A stretch of 64,000 nucleotides of DNA from a virus. Taxonomy: Duplodnaviria; Caudoviricetes. Location: the IMG/VR virus record IMGVR_UViG_2974692648_000001, positions 1 through 64,000 of that record; one strand, 5' to 3'. The notes below the pieces were generated by a model. It did no database searches, was not told where the DNA came from, and was given only the letters and a program-made list of their open reading frames with translations. Every line of letters begins with the position of its first letter. Positions within the stretch are counted from its first letter, which is position 1. A program made the translations under genes and the position numbers. This document shows, piece after piece, positions 28,301 through 36,860 of the stretch.

Positions 28301-29201
28301 CTTTCACTCCTTCGGGTAACATGATTTCTTCCGCTAAACGTTCCGCTCGGTAAAGTAATGTGACTTCCTCTACGTTTTCTTCGATCACTTGTTTGATCTG
28401 GTCCCAGAACTTATCATTAGGAGTTTCACTGATCAAAGAGAAACCAAACAGTTCTTTAATGTAATGTTCTGGAGAAGTCTTCATAGCCGCGTCTAATTCC
28501 AAAGCATAGAAGCCCAGGAGTGTTAAGAACCCCATTCCTAGTTGACCGTTGTTACGAACGTGTTTAGCTGCGACAGTCCCTTCTAGGAACGCTACGTTGG
28601 TCTTAATGCGTAGCTTAACGAATTCAGGAACATCCGGAACACCATCTGACACAATTAAACTAATGCGTAAGGTTTCCATCAAATACTCACTGCATTCTAA
28701 AATTAAGTATTCCAGGTCCTCAATAATAGGGGTAGTCGGTTCGTAATCGTAAAGCTTGCGGAAGACTTCAATGAAACGATCTTTAGGAGAAAGATCTCGT
28801 TGTTCCAAAATCTCACTTAAGCTTTGCAAATCTTCGTAACCGTTAAGTAAGTAAATCACATCTGTAATTTGATACAGCGTGTCCAACTTATTAGCTTCAA
28901 CGTATTCTAAATCGATCGTGATGCCAAACTTAACCAGTTGTTCAATTATATTGTTTAACAGGAGCTCAAGTATGACTGCTTTTTGTTCAACGACTGCTGA
29001 GTCGTCATCACTCAAAATGTTGGCAATGGTTGAGACTAATACGTTCTCTTCATCAGCCAAAACCAGCAGAGTGTAGACTCGTTGAATAAGCTCCGCGTTT
29101 TCTGGGGTAATCGCTTTAGTGAAATTGATCCATGGTTCACCCAGATCTTTAGTTAGTAAATCCACGTTGGTTAAGTCCACCGCAGGGATAGTATCGTTCA
29201 T
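28284..29201 (-). CDS. Hypothetical acidic protein
   Basis: 305 aa, GAGG RBS, overlaps the virion RNAP gene start. Confidence 0.7.
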   Translation of the reverse strand: MNDTIPAVDLTNVDLLTKDLGEPWINFTKAITPENAELIQRVYTLLVLADEENVLVSTIANILSDDDSAVVEQKAVILELLLNNIIEQLVKFGITIDLEYVEANKLDTLYQITDVIYLLNGYEDLQSLSEILEQRDLSPKDRFIEVFRKLYDYEPTTPIIEDLEYLILECSEYLMETLRISLIVSDGVPDVPEFVKLRIKTNVAFLEGTVAAKHVRNNGQLGMGFLTLLGFYALELDAAMKTSPEHYIKELFGFSLISETPNDKFWDQIKQVIEENVEEVTLLYRAERLAEEIMLPEGVKDDYEA

Positions 29202-29230
29202 AATAACCTCTTAATCAGAAGGAACATAAA

Positions 29231-29995
29231 ATGCCAAAAATTAGTAAGCATAAGCAGGCAAAACGTAAACAACGTCAACGTAATGTGCAGGCTTCTAAAT
29301 CTAAACAACGCTTACAAGAAGCAAGAGAAAAACGTCAGTCAAAGGACCGACAACTTCTACAACAGCTCAATGACACTCTTGGTGGCGAACACGCCATGAG
29401 TGATGAAATGAAGAAAGAAGCAAAAGAAAAATTCTGGAAAGTGTTCAGTACATTACCTCCTCAGTTACAAAAAGACGCTATGGAGTCTTTTGAAAAAGAA
29501 GGCGGTACAGTAACACCAATGGACTTGGATGGTATGACTAACCTGCTTTGTGAAGGTCTGAACCACTACATCCGTCCACACGCTCTCGTTGCGACCCTAC
29601 ACTCTTTGGTAGATCAAGAGAAACTTGTATTAACTGAAGAGCTTACTGCTAAGATGGATGCGCTAGACGCAGCCGTACTAAAATACATTGGTAACGCGAC
29701 GGCTATACTGGAAGCTTTCGATACCATCCGCGGGCTCGACGAAGAGTTACAACACCAAGCTATTCTGGATAACGAAGTCCTGGGCGAACTGTTAATCCCG
29801 ACTCTGTTAAGTTATCAAGAAGACAGCGAAGAGATCATCTCTCCGTTGATTGAGTTGTCAGAACCACACACAGAACTTATCAACGACGATATCAAGTTCG
29901 TCGGTGAAATCCTAGGTAAAACTAACCTCTATGAAGTTTCTCGTGAAATCCACTTGGAGCGTGTAGAAGAACTGGTGAAAGTAAAAGGTGAATAA
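29231..29995 (+). CDS. Hypothetical protein with K/R/Q-rich N-terminus
   Basis: 254 aa, AAGGA RBS. Confidence 0.7.
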   Translation: MPKISKHKQAKRKQRQRNVQASKSKQRLQEAREKRQSKDRQLLQQLNDTLGGEHAMSDEMKKEAKEKFWKVFSTLPPQLQKDAMESFEKEGGTVTPMDLDGMTNLLCEGLNHYIRPHALVATLHSLVDQEKLVLTEELTAKMDALDAAVLKYIGNATAILEAFDTIRGLDEELQHQAILDNEVLGELLIPTLLSYQEDSEEIISPLIELSEPHTELINDDIKFVGEILGKTNLYEVSREIHLERVEELVKVKGE

Positions 29996-31613
29996 GATGA
30001 CTGAAGAGTCAAAAGAAATTAAACGCCCTTCTTTGCGTGAAAAGCATACAGCAGAGAACACCACTATGAAGGAGTCGGTAAATCCGGCTCTTCCAAAGAC
30101 CGTGGAATTAGAAGAAGGCGACGTTACTTTCAACATTTTGTTGGGTACGAGTAAAGCTAACTTCGAACCTACTATGCGTCTTGCATTATCTTGGGCGCGC
30201 TACCAGTCTGCGTTAACTGAAGGTAAAGCGACTAAAGCTGAAATCACTCGTTATAAGAATCAGTACGAGGAATTAGCCAAGGAACAACACCCTGGTAAAA
30301 CGGAAGAAGAATTAGAAGTGATGATGTCTAACTTCTTAAGTTTCCACCGTAACCTAGTGGAGCTACCTTACTTCCGAAACCCGATGTTGAAAGATCGTCC
30401 GTGGGAGAACCTTTCTATCTTTGCAGATGGTAAAGAGGAAGGTGACATTGTACCACGTTTCCCTGGGGCTAAAAACGAAGCCACAGCGCTAGCTGAACGC
30501 ATGCAACGCTCTTCACAACGCAAAAGTCGTACACCAAATGGTTATGACGTACTCATGCGTGATTCGTTTATCCAAATCCGTTTAGAACCTAGCTCCATTA
30601 TCGAACTAGGTCAGGTGATTGACAAAATCAACAAAGAAATCCACGGTTACGTTTCTAGCTTCAATGGTAACTCCATGACCTTGATTCGTGCTTCGATTTA
30701 TCGTGTGTTCTGGAATTACATCAGTGAGAAAATCACGAGTCATTCCGTGTCGGATGTCGACGACCCACGTGACTTGACCCGCTTAGTAAAACTATCTGAC
30801 ATTCGTTCGCTGTTTGTTGACATGATGGCGGAACTAGCAGAAGATGGTTTACCTATTCAACTCTACTGCAATCAAAATGGTTGTGACTGGGTTGATTACG
30901 TTAAAGCGGATCCTGTCACTATGCTTTGGCATGACAAAACGTTGCTCAGCGACGAGCAAGCCGCGGCACTAGGTAGTCTAAAGAACTTTGCTGTGAAACA
31001 CACTTTTGAAGAAGTGTTGGCTTTACAAGACCAGTCCAAGTTCGTCGAAAAAGATCACATTGATTTCTATGAAGACACACACCGCTTAGAATTCGCCCAG
31101 CCTTCACTGAGTGAGTATTTCTGTGCTTTTGACGTGTTCATGGATTACATCCAACCAACGCTTCGTGAGATCCGTACGGACACCATGAACGATCAAGAGT
31201 ACGAAAAGAAACTAACCGTACTGATTGATACGGTCCGTGGTCTGGAATACATGCACTGGGCTTCGAAACTCACTATCTTCCCTGAAGCAGGTTCAGATGA
31301 AGAACCTGAGGTCTTTACTCGACGTGAAGACCCGGTTGGATTCTTTAATGGGTTATTACCTATCATTGATGAGTCAGACGATGTAACTCGTAAGTTGATT
31401 CATTGGTGTGTAGAACATGGTCCAGAGATGAGTTCCACTGTAGTGGGTATGAGTAACTCTGTGTGTCCTAAGTGTGGTAAAGACACTCATGGTGGATTGA
31501 CGTCACATGGCATCACTCCTATTGACCCATTCATGAGTTTTTTCATCCTGACCCGCCAAACGATTTCCGACCGAGCGGTGAGCCGCGGGATAATCGCACC
31601 AGACACCCTTTAA
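29988..31613 (+). CDS. Putative tail assembly chaperone/baseplate-hub-assembly-like protein (phiKZ gp77-like), non-shifted product
   Basis: CNQNGC and CPKCG Cys pairs, C-terminal PIDPFMSFF lying on a slippery T TTT TTC. True start may be ATG 29997. Confidence 0.55.
   Translation: MNKMTEESKEIKRPSLREKHTAENTTMKESVNPALPKTVELEEGDVTFNILLGTSKANFEPTMRLALSWARYQSALTEGKATKAEITRYKNQYEELAKEQHPGKTEEELEVMMSNFLSFHRNLVELPYFRNPMLKDRPWENLSIFADGKEEGDIVPRFPGAKNEATALAERMQRSSQRKSRTPNGYDVLMRDSFIQIRLEPSSIIELGQVIDKINKEIHGYVSSFNGNSMTLIRASIYRVFWNYISEKITSHSVSDVDDPRDLTRLVKLSDIRSLFVDMMAELAEDGLPIQLYCNQNGCDWVDYVKADPVTMLWHDKTLLSDEQAAALGSLKNFAVKHTFEEVLALQDQSKFVEKDHIDFYEDTHRLEFAQPSLSEYFCAFDVFMDYIQPTLREIRTDTMNDQEYEKKLTVLIDTVRGLEYMHWASKLTIFPEAGSDEEPEVFTRREDPVGFFNGLLPIIDESDDVTRKLIHWCVEHGPEMSSTVVGMSNSVCPKCGKDTHGGLTSHGITPIDPFMSFFILTRQTISDRAVSRGIIAPDTL
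31538..31596 (+). promoter_or_regulatory. Putative programmed -1 ribosomal frameshift signal
   Basis: In-frame X XXY YYZ heptamer T TTT TTC (31538-31544). The -1 frame is open from there to 32062. GC-rich pairing potential downstream. Confidence 0.65.
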
Positions 31614-32062
31614 TACCAGGGGTCTTAACCGACAACTTATATCACCTATACCGTGAACGGATTTCTAACATTGATCCTGATGGCATAGGTGATGTGCAAC
31701 ATCAAACCATAGCACTGATGTTGTACCGTGCAGGCTACGGACAGTTGTCAAAAGTTCCAGAGCCAGGAGACGATATCAAGCTCTATGACGATAGTTATGA
31801 ATTTGAACATCCATGGTCAATTCAAGCTAGAGCGAGAACCTATGCGTTTTACGAGTTAAAGGAAATCTTTGGCGATCTTAATACGTATTTGAACATGTCC
31901 CCTAAAGTTGCTTCAGAGATTGTTAAGGGTATGAGAAAAGGCGCTGAGGAGTTAAACCAACTCAGACAGCGACAAGCCAAAGCTCAACCTAAGTCTGGAG
32001 AACAATACGATTTGGAACAACAATTAGCTGAACTCGGAAGAGTAGATCTATCCAGCGGGTAA
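31544..32062 (+). CDS. Frameshift extension (T-like part) of the 29988 gene; includes track ORF 31694-32062
   Basis: 50 stop-free codons lie between the slippery site and GTG 31694. Predicted fusion is about 691 aa. Confidence 0.6.
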   Translation, partial: HPDPPNDFRPSGEPRDNRTRHPLIPGVLTDNLYHLYRERISNIDPDGIGDVQHQTIALMLYRAGYGQLSKVPEPGDDIKLYDDSYEFEHPWSIQARARTYAFYELKEIFGDLNTYLNMSPKVASEIVKGMRKGAEELNQLRQRQAKAQPKSGEQYDLEQQLAELGRVDLSSG

Positions 32063-32066
32063 TAAG

Positions 32067-32100
32067 AATAACGTCTGTCCTACGGGGCAGGCGTTATTTC
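32067..32100 (+). terminator. Terminator-like hairpin
   Basis: aataacgtctgtcc-TACG-gggcaggcgttatt. Confidence 0.7.
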
Positions 32101-32141
32101 CACAATTCTATGCTAATCGTAAACAACCACGAGGTATTATC

Positions 32142-32702
32142 ATGGGTAAGTACACACCCCCAGTAGAAGAACAGGTTTTCGAAGAAGTTGAAAAAGAAGA
32201 AGTTACTACTGTTGAAGAAGAGCTTCCTAAAGCAACGGAATCCGAGAAGTTTAAATCGGTTGAAGAACCAGGCACTAAAATCCTACTAGAGAAAGTAGAT
32301 AAGTTTATCACTTTACTAGCAGGTCGTCGTAACGTACCTTCTGAGAAGTACGGTGAAGAACAACTTAACTTCATGCAAGCCTTAGACGATACGTTAAAAG
32401 AAGACTATGGTGTCTTTACCGCGGTAATGGACTACATGGTTAACTCAGTTCGTCGTGAACCTAAAGCGTTTGCTATGGATCGTTTGTTTGTCCATACCCA
32501 ACACCCAGAAGTGAAACGTGCTAAGAAAGAACAATACCTTCAAAAACACATGGCCCTACTTTCTGCCATTGTTACATTAGGTCGTAACTTAAAAGATCGT
32601 CATCGTGTGGGGCGTCAAGTAGATATCGTCATGTTAACCAAGGGTTATCATCCTAAGGTTGCACAAAACCTACAAAACTACTTTACTCGCACGTACAGTT
32701 AA
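32142..32702 (+). CDS. Conserved hypothetical protein, probably late
   Basis: 186 aa, GAGGT RBS, TATG at 32109-32112. Confidence 0.7.
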   Translation: MGKYTPPVEEQVFEEVEKEEVTTVEEELPKATESEKFKSVEEPGTKILLEKVDKFITLLAGRRNVPSEKYGEEQLNFMQALDDTLKEDYGVFTAVMDYMVNSVRREPKAFAMDRLFVHTQHPEVKRAKKEQYLQKHMALLSAIVTLGRNLKDRHRVGRQVDIVMLTKGYHPKVAQNLQNYFTRTYS

Positions 32703-32719
32703 TAACAGCGTCAGTAAGC

Positions 32720-32767
32720 TAAACTCCATCACCCGTTAAGGTGATGGAGTTTATTTGTCTATTTTTT
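32720..32767 (+). terminator. Rho-independent terminator
   Basis: taaactccatcacc-cgttaa-ggtgatggagttta with a T-rich tail. Confidence 0.8.
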
Positions 32768-32779
32768 AACATACAGTTA

Positions 32780-32805
32780 TTTTCAGATCTATATAGTCTA
32801 GGTGT
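32780..32805 (+). promoter_or_regulatory. Putative early promoter
   Basis: TTTTCAGATCTATATAGTCTAGGTGT. Confidence 0.75.
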
Positions 32806-32864
32806 ATAAGCATAGGTATATACATTGCACTTAATTTAATTAACCTTTAATAAGGAACACTATC

Positions 32865-33212
32865 ATGGAAATTTCTAAAACTAACAAAGCACGTATCGCA
32901 TCTGGTCTAGCTACAGTAGCTAACACAGTTATCGCTGAGAAAGTATTTGACTCTCACGCTATTGCTGGTTACCACGCAGTAACAGGTGGTCTACATACTG
33001 CTACAGTACAAGTTGATGAAGAACAAGATTTCAGCACTACTGATGCTGTTATCTACGGTGCGGGAATGGTCGCAGGTGGTACAATCGCATCTGCTGTATT
33101 TAAAGGTATTGGCCGTTTGTTCTCAGGTGATTCAACAGAATCAGAAGAAGACACTGACGAGATCAACCAAGTGATCACTGAAGTAACTGGCCTACAAAAC
33201 CCAGACGCATAA
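32865..33212 (+). CDS. Small early protein with Gly-rich hydrophobic segment and acidic tail
   Basis: 115 aa, TAAGGA RBS, AVIYGAGMVAGGTIASAVFKGIGRLF. Confidence 0.75.
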   Translation: MEISKTNKARIASGLATVANTVIAEKVFDSHAIAGYHAVTGGLHTATVQVDEEQDFSTTDAVIYGAGMVAGGTIASAVFKGIGRLFSGDSTESEEDTDEINQVITEVTGLQNPDA

Positions 33213-33215
33213 TAA

Positions 33216-33268
33216 TTAGTACCTACCTCCCACTTGGGAGGTAGGTACTAAACTCTCTTTATTTTTTT
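33216..33268. terminator. Bidirectional terminator
   Basis: ttagtacctacctccca/tgggaggtaggtactaa then ctctctttattttttt. Confidence 0.85.
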
Positions 33269-33270
33269 GT

Positions 33271-35028
33271 TTAAGCAGCAAGTGGGAGTGGTTCACCATA
33301 CTCCGCTTCATATAGCTCAGGGAAGATCTCATCCATTTCCTCGTAACCAGGGAAACGATGTATAGTCGCACATAGAGACACAGCATTAGCTTTAGGAGAA
33401 GAAGCATAGTTAACGCCAACTTCACGGAATTGAATTGGATTCAATCCTTGTATCGCACAAGCTTCTATCTTAGTCGTCTTATTAGAGATGTTCAATGCTA
33501 CGGTCGCTGTCGGGTACGCCCCCTCCACGTCAATGTCATCCGTGAGACCACGACCTCGAGATCGTATCCCCGGCATCCCGATAAAGACTGCTTTACCATT
33601 GTCTGCGTTTTTCTCTGTTTCTAATAACGCAATCCAATCTCCTAAGGTCGGTTTGTGTTGGTCTAATTCATCTTTCTTACCACCACGTCCTTTGGTTCCC
33701 CAAATGTAACCATGTTCTTCCGCAATAAACGAAAGTTCATTAGAAATACATTTAGGTTGAGATGGGTAATCAAAGAACTCTGTTGACTTCAACAGCAAAG
33801 GTAGGTTCAGTGCGATGTCGTTAGTTTTCTCATCCATTTCCTCAATAACCAAGTTATCGGAAATGTTGTACATACAGTATTCGAACTTAGCGTAACGCTG
33901 CATCCATCGGTGCCACGCTCCCTTACCCTGTGTTAAGTGAGAACCTTTGTCTGTGTAGAGCTTACCCTCGATACCGTTGTCTTGTGCGGTGAACTCCAAT
34001 GAGTAAGATTCTTTCTTACCTTTAGGAGCGTTTTTAATTGCATAGAAACTCGCACCATCCAACCATTGCCATTTGGCCGCCGCACGAACCGTCGGATAAC
34101 GTTCTTGCCACTCAAGTGGTTGAGAGTCACCGTTTTCTTTACGTTTATGAGTACGCCCTTCGTGGTATTGGTAATAACGGAATTCACGAGGAATAGAAGG
34201 GTCGGTATAGACTTCTTCTAAATCACGTCCACCTACGTTAAGCGCGTGTTCGTTCCTAACCATATCGTAGGAGGCGTTCCAAGATGAAATGAAATCAGGT
34301 TCCCACATGTGCCAAACTTTAATGTTGTTTTCCACACACTGAGTTTGGTTATCCACTATTTCGTAAACAACTGTTGCGTTGCGTTTACGTAGGCGTTCAC
34401 CAATTAATTCTTCTTCTGCTTTCTTAAGTCCGTCCAGGATCTCTTCATCCGACATCCCTTCAAAGAAACTCCGAACGACTGCAAAGTAGATATTCTTTTT
34501 CATGGTAGTCGAAGCCATGATGACGTCTTCACCATCACCGTTAACCATATCAGTTTCAACGTCGTATGCTGCCAACGTAGCTGCTTCGGTTTCTTGGTGT
34601 TCAGGATAACGTTCAAAGTAACGACGCTTAATCAATACGGGAACTGAAGTCTCGCAACCGAAAACATACGGGTTTGCCTTTACAGCCATCAGGTCAGCAT
34701 TACGGTCATTGATTCCGTATAAGACTCGTTTAATGTTCATCGCTAATCTGGCTTGAGTAGACTTATATTGTTTGACCAGTCGCTTATCGATGTAATCTTT
34801 CTTTTGTTCAAATTTACGGTATTTTTCTTTAACGATGTAGAAAGGACGAACGTAGTCTGGGACTTTAAGAAATTGGTTAGTACGGTCACCATTTTCGTGT
34901 ATGGTAGTTTGTTTGATGAACGTCATGTCTTTAAGCTTATCCCGCTTAGACGGAACATACACAGCGTGTTTACACACTTTCCCTACAACTGGGGATTCGC
35001 TCGAAGGCGGCGTGTAACTATAATTCAT
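33271..35028 (-). CDS. Family B DNA polymerase, 3'-5' exonuclease plus motif A subunit (phiKZ gp82-like)
   Basis: ExoI YDVETD, ExoII SWNASYD, YSLE, ExoIII YNISD, polymerase motif A DIDVEGAYPT. Start moved to ATG 35028 (AGGAAGG RBS). Confidence 0.85.
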   Translation of the reverse strand: MNYSYTPPSSESPVVGKVCKHAVYVPSKRDKLKDMTFIKQTTIHENGDRTNQFLKVPDYVRPFYIVKEKYRKFEQKKDYIDKRLVKQYKSTQARLAMNIKRVLYGINDRNADLMAVKANPYVFGCETSVPVLIKRRYFERYPEHQETEAATLAAYDVETDMVNGDGEDVIMASTTMKKNIYFAVVRSFFEGMSDEEILDGLKKAEEELIGERLRKRNATVVYEIVDNQTQCVENNIKVWHMWEPDFISSWNASYDMVRNEHALNVGGRDLEEVYTDPSIPREFRYYQYHEGRTHKRKENGDSQPLEWQERYPTVRAAAKWQWLDGASFYAIKNAPKGKKESYSLEFTAQDNGIEGKLYTDKGSHLTQGKGAWHRWMQRYAKFEYCMYNISDNLVIEEMDEKTNDIALNLPLLLKSTEFFDYPSQPKCISNELSFIAEEHGYIWGTKGRGGKKDELDQHKPTLGDWIALLETEKNADNGKAVFIGMPGIRSRGRGLTDDIDVEGAYPTATVALNISNKTTKIEACAIQGLNPIQFREVGVNYASSPKANAVSLCATIHRFPGYEEMDEIFPELYEAEYGEPLPLAA

Positions 35029-35109
35029 TTCAGCCTTCCTCATTTTATGACTGGATTTAATTAGGTCTAGTATAATGCGCATTGTAGTAAATTTAAAAAG
35101 GTAATCCAA

Positions 35110-36438
35110 ATGATCAACAACAAATTCCTAAACCCGCAACTAAAGGTGGCGGGACTAGAGTTTATGGATTTCCAATCCCGTGATTTCTTTAATGAAATGG
35201 TGGCTTTATTCAAACCCGTTGTTCAGGATGCTCAATTGACTGAACTTCCTATGGGTGTTCACGAAGTCATTAAAAAGTACACTGGGTTTGAGAACCTCAA
35301 CTTCAACCTTATTGATTACGGTAACTTAGCCATCGACGCAGGTTACGTATCTCCTGGAAACATCTTAAATTCCAAAGACATCGAGTATTTCCTACCTAAA
35401 GGTCAAACTAACCTTTATCGTTGGTTTACTCAAAATCAATCTAACTTGATGCGTGGCAGCATTGATTTCAAAACGGGTAAAGTGGGTGGTGCTTACGCTA
35501 CCATGCCTTTTGAAATTTACATCAACCATGATCTGACTGAATTCATGCCTAAGAAATCAGACTTAGACATGACTGAACAATTAGTTGGGTTCATCACACA
35601 TGAACTGGGTCATGCGTTCTCGGGCATATTCTCCATCCACCGTTTCTTGATGGACTCTTACGCTATTACTTCGGCGGTTCATTTCATGAGTAACCAAAGT
35701 CATGGTCAAACAGAAGTTGCGATCTATAAAGATGCTTTGCGTTTAATGGAGATCGACGAGAAGCAAGTTAAAGATCTGAAGAAAATCGCAGAGTGTGGTG
35801 ATACTGAAGTTATCGTCACGAGCTTAACTAAGTTGTCGCAACAACGTACCCAGATGAACTCCCGCTCCCTTGGCGTGGATCTGATGAACGCTGAAGTTCT
35901 TGCTGACGTATACGCCATCCGGATGGGTTGTGATAAGGCACTGATTGAAGGTACCAAAGGGCTTAACGAAGTCTCTGGGATGGAACTCCTTATGGGTACC
36001 CTCATGGGGGGTGTCATCACGGCGGTAGTAACTGCAAGTTGCATCCCTATTTTGGGTTTTATAGCTGGCGCTTTTGTCATGGGTATGGCGTTCACTAGTT
36101 TAATGTATTTCACCACGACCATGGTGGCGGATATCTATGACACCCCGTACCGTCGAATCCTAAACATGTTCCAAGAACAAATCCAACGTCTTAAGCAAGC
36201 TAAGAACTTGTCTGATAGTGACAAACGTAAAGCAATTCGTGACCTAGAGAAAAACCTCAAAGTTGTTCAAGAAGCTAAGCCGTTCTTTGAAGACACTGGC
36301 ATGCAGCGTTTAATGACTTGGATGTTCAGCGAAGGTTCCCCACGCTACGACGCTTTGGAACACTACACAAAAATCATGTTGAACAATGAGATGTCATTGG
36401 TCAATAGCAAAATTCAACTTTTAGGTAAGGGAGCTTAA
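35110..36438 (+). CDS. Virion protein with M48-like zinc metallopeptidase motifs and a hydrophobic hairpin (phiKZ gp83-like by position)
   Basis: THELGHAF, EVLADVYAIRMG, a ~45-aa hydrophobic stretch, N-terminal AGLE site, late TATG at 35046. Confidence 0.65.
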   Translation: MINNKFLNPQLKVAGLEFMDFQSRDFFNEMVALFKPVVQDAQLTELPMGVHEVIKKYTGFENLNFNLIDYGNLAIDAGYVSPGNILNSKDIEYFLPKGQTNLYRWFTQNQSNLMRGSIDFKTGKVGGAYATMPFEIYINHDLTEFMPKKSDLDMTEQLVGFITHELGHAFSGIFSIHRFLMDSYAITSAVHFMSNQSHGQTEVAIYKDALRLMEIDEKQVKDLKKIAECGDTEVIVTSLTKLSQQRTQMNSRSLGVDLMNAEVLADVYAIRMGCDKALIEGTKGLNEVSGMELLMGTLMGGVITAVVTASCIPILGFIAGAFVMGMAFTSLMYFTTTMVADIYDTPYRRILNMFQEQIQRLKQAKNLSDSDKRKAIRDLEKNLKVVQEAKPFFEDTGMQRLMTWMFSEGSPRYDALEHYTKIMLNNEMSLVNSKIQLLGKGA

Positions 36439-36439
36439 A

Positions 36440-36850
36440 ATGTCACACCTAAACCATATCTTAAAACTCAACGCTAAGTTGGTTGAAGATGATATCACAA
36501 CCAACCCTGAACATCAAGCTAAGATTGTAGATTCCGCAATCACTCGTGCGATCATTTCTTACGCATACATCACCGGTGGCGTGGAAGGTCCTAATCTAAC
36601 CGACCATGCTAGCGAAGCCATGCGTAATACAGTGGAATACTGGAATGAAGTTTCTCCTGTTAACCATCGTAAGATTTTTGAAGACGTAAGAGCGATCTTG
36701 CAACGTCTTTACAACCAAGCGGTGGCAGGCGGTAACTTTCAACCTATTGAAGTTGAAATTGAAGGTCTGGAAGTCGACTTATTAAAGATTCCTGAGTTCA
36801 CAGCTCTGCACCGTGCGTTGCTAAACGAAATCATTGCCCATAACAAATAA
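36440..36850 (+). CDS. Putative virion structural protein
   Basis: 136 aa, GGGAG RBS, inside the late structural operon. Confidence 0.6.
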   Translation: MSHLNHILKLNAKLVEDDITTNPEHQAKIVDSAITRAIISYAYITGGVEGPNLTDHASEAMRNTVEYWNEVSPVNHRKIFEDVRAILQRLYNQAVAGGNFQPIEVEIEGLEVDLLKIPEFTALHRALLNEIIAHNK

Positions 36851-36860
36851 GGAGTCGATC

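Noticed and set aside
31629-31654. Promoter-like ttatatcaccta upstream of ORF 31694
   Set aside because: Lacks the TTCAR and ARGTGT flanks and lies in the open -1 frame. It cannot be fully excluded as an internal promoter
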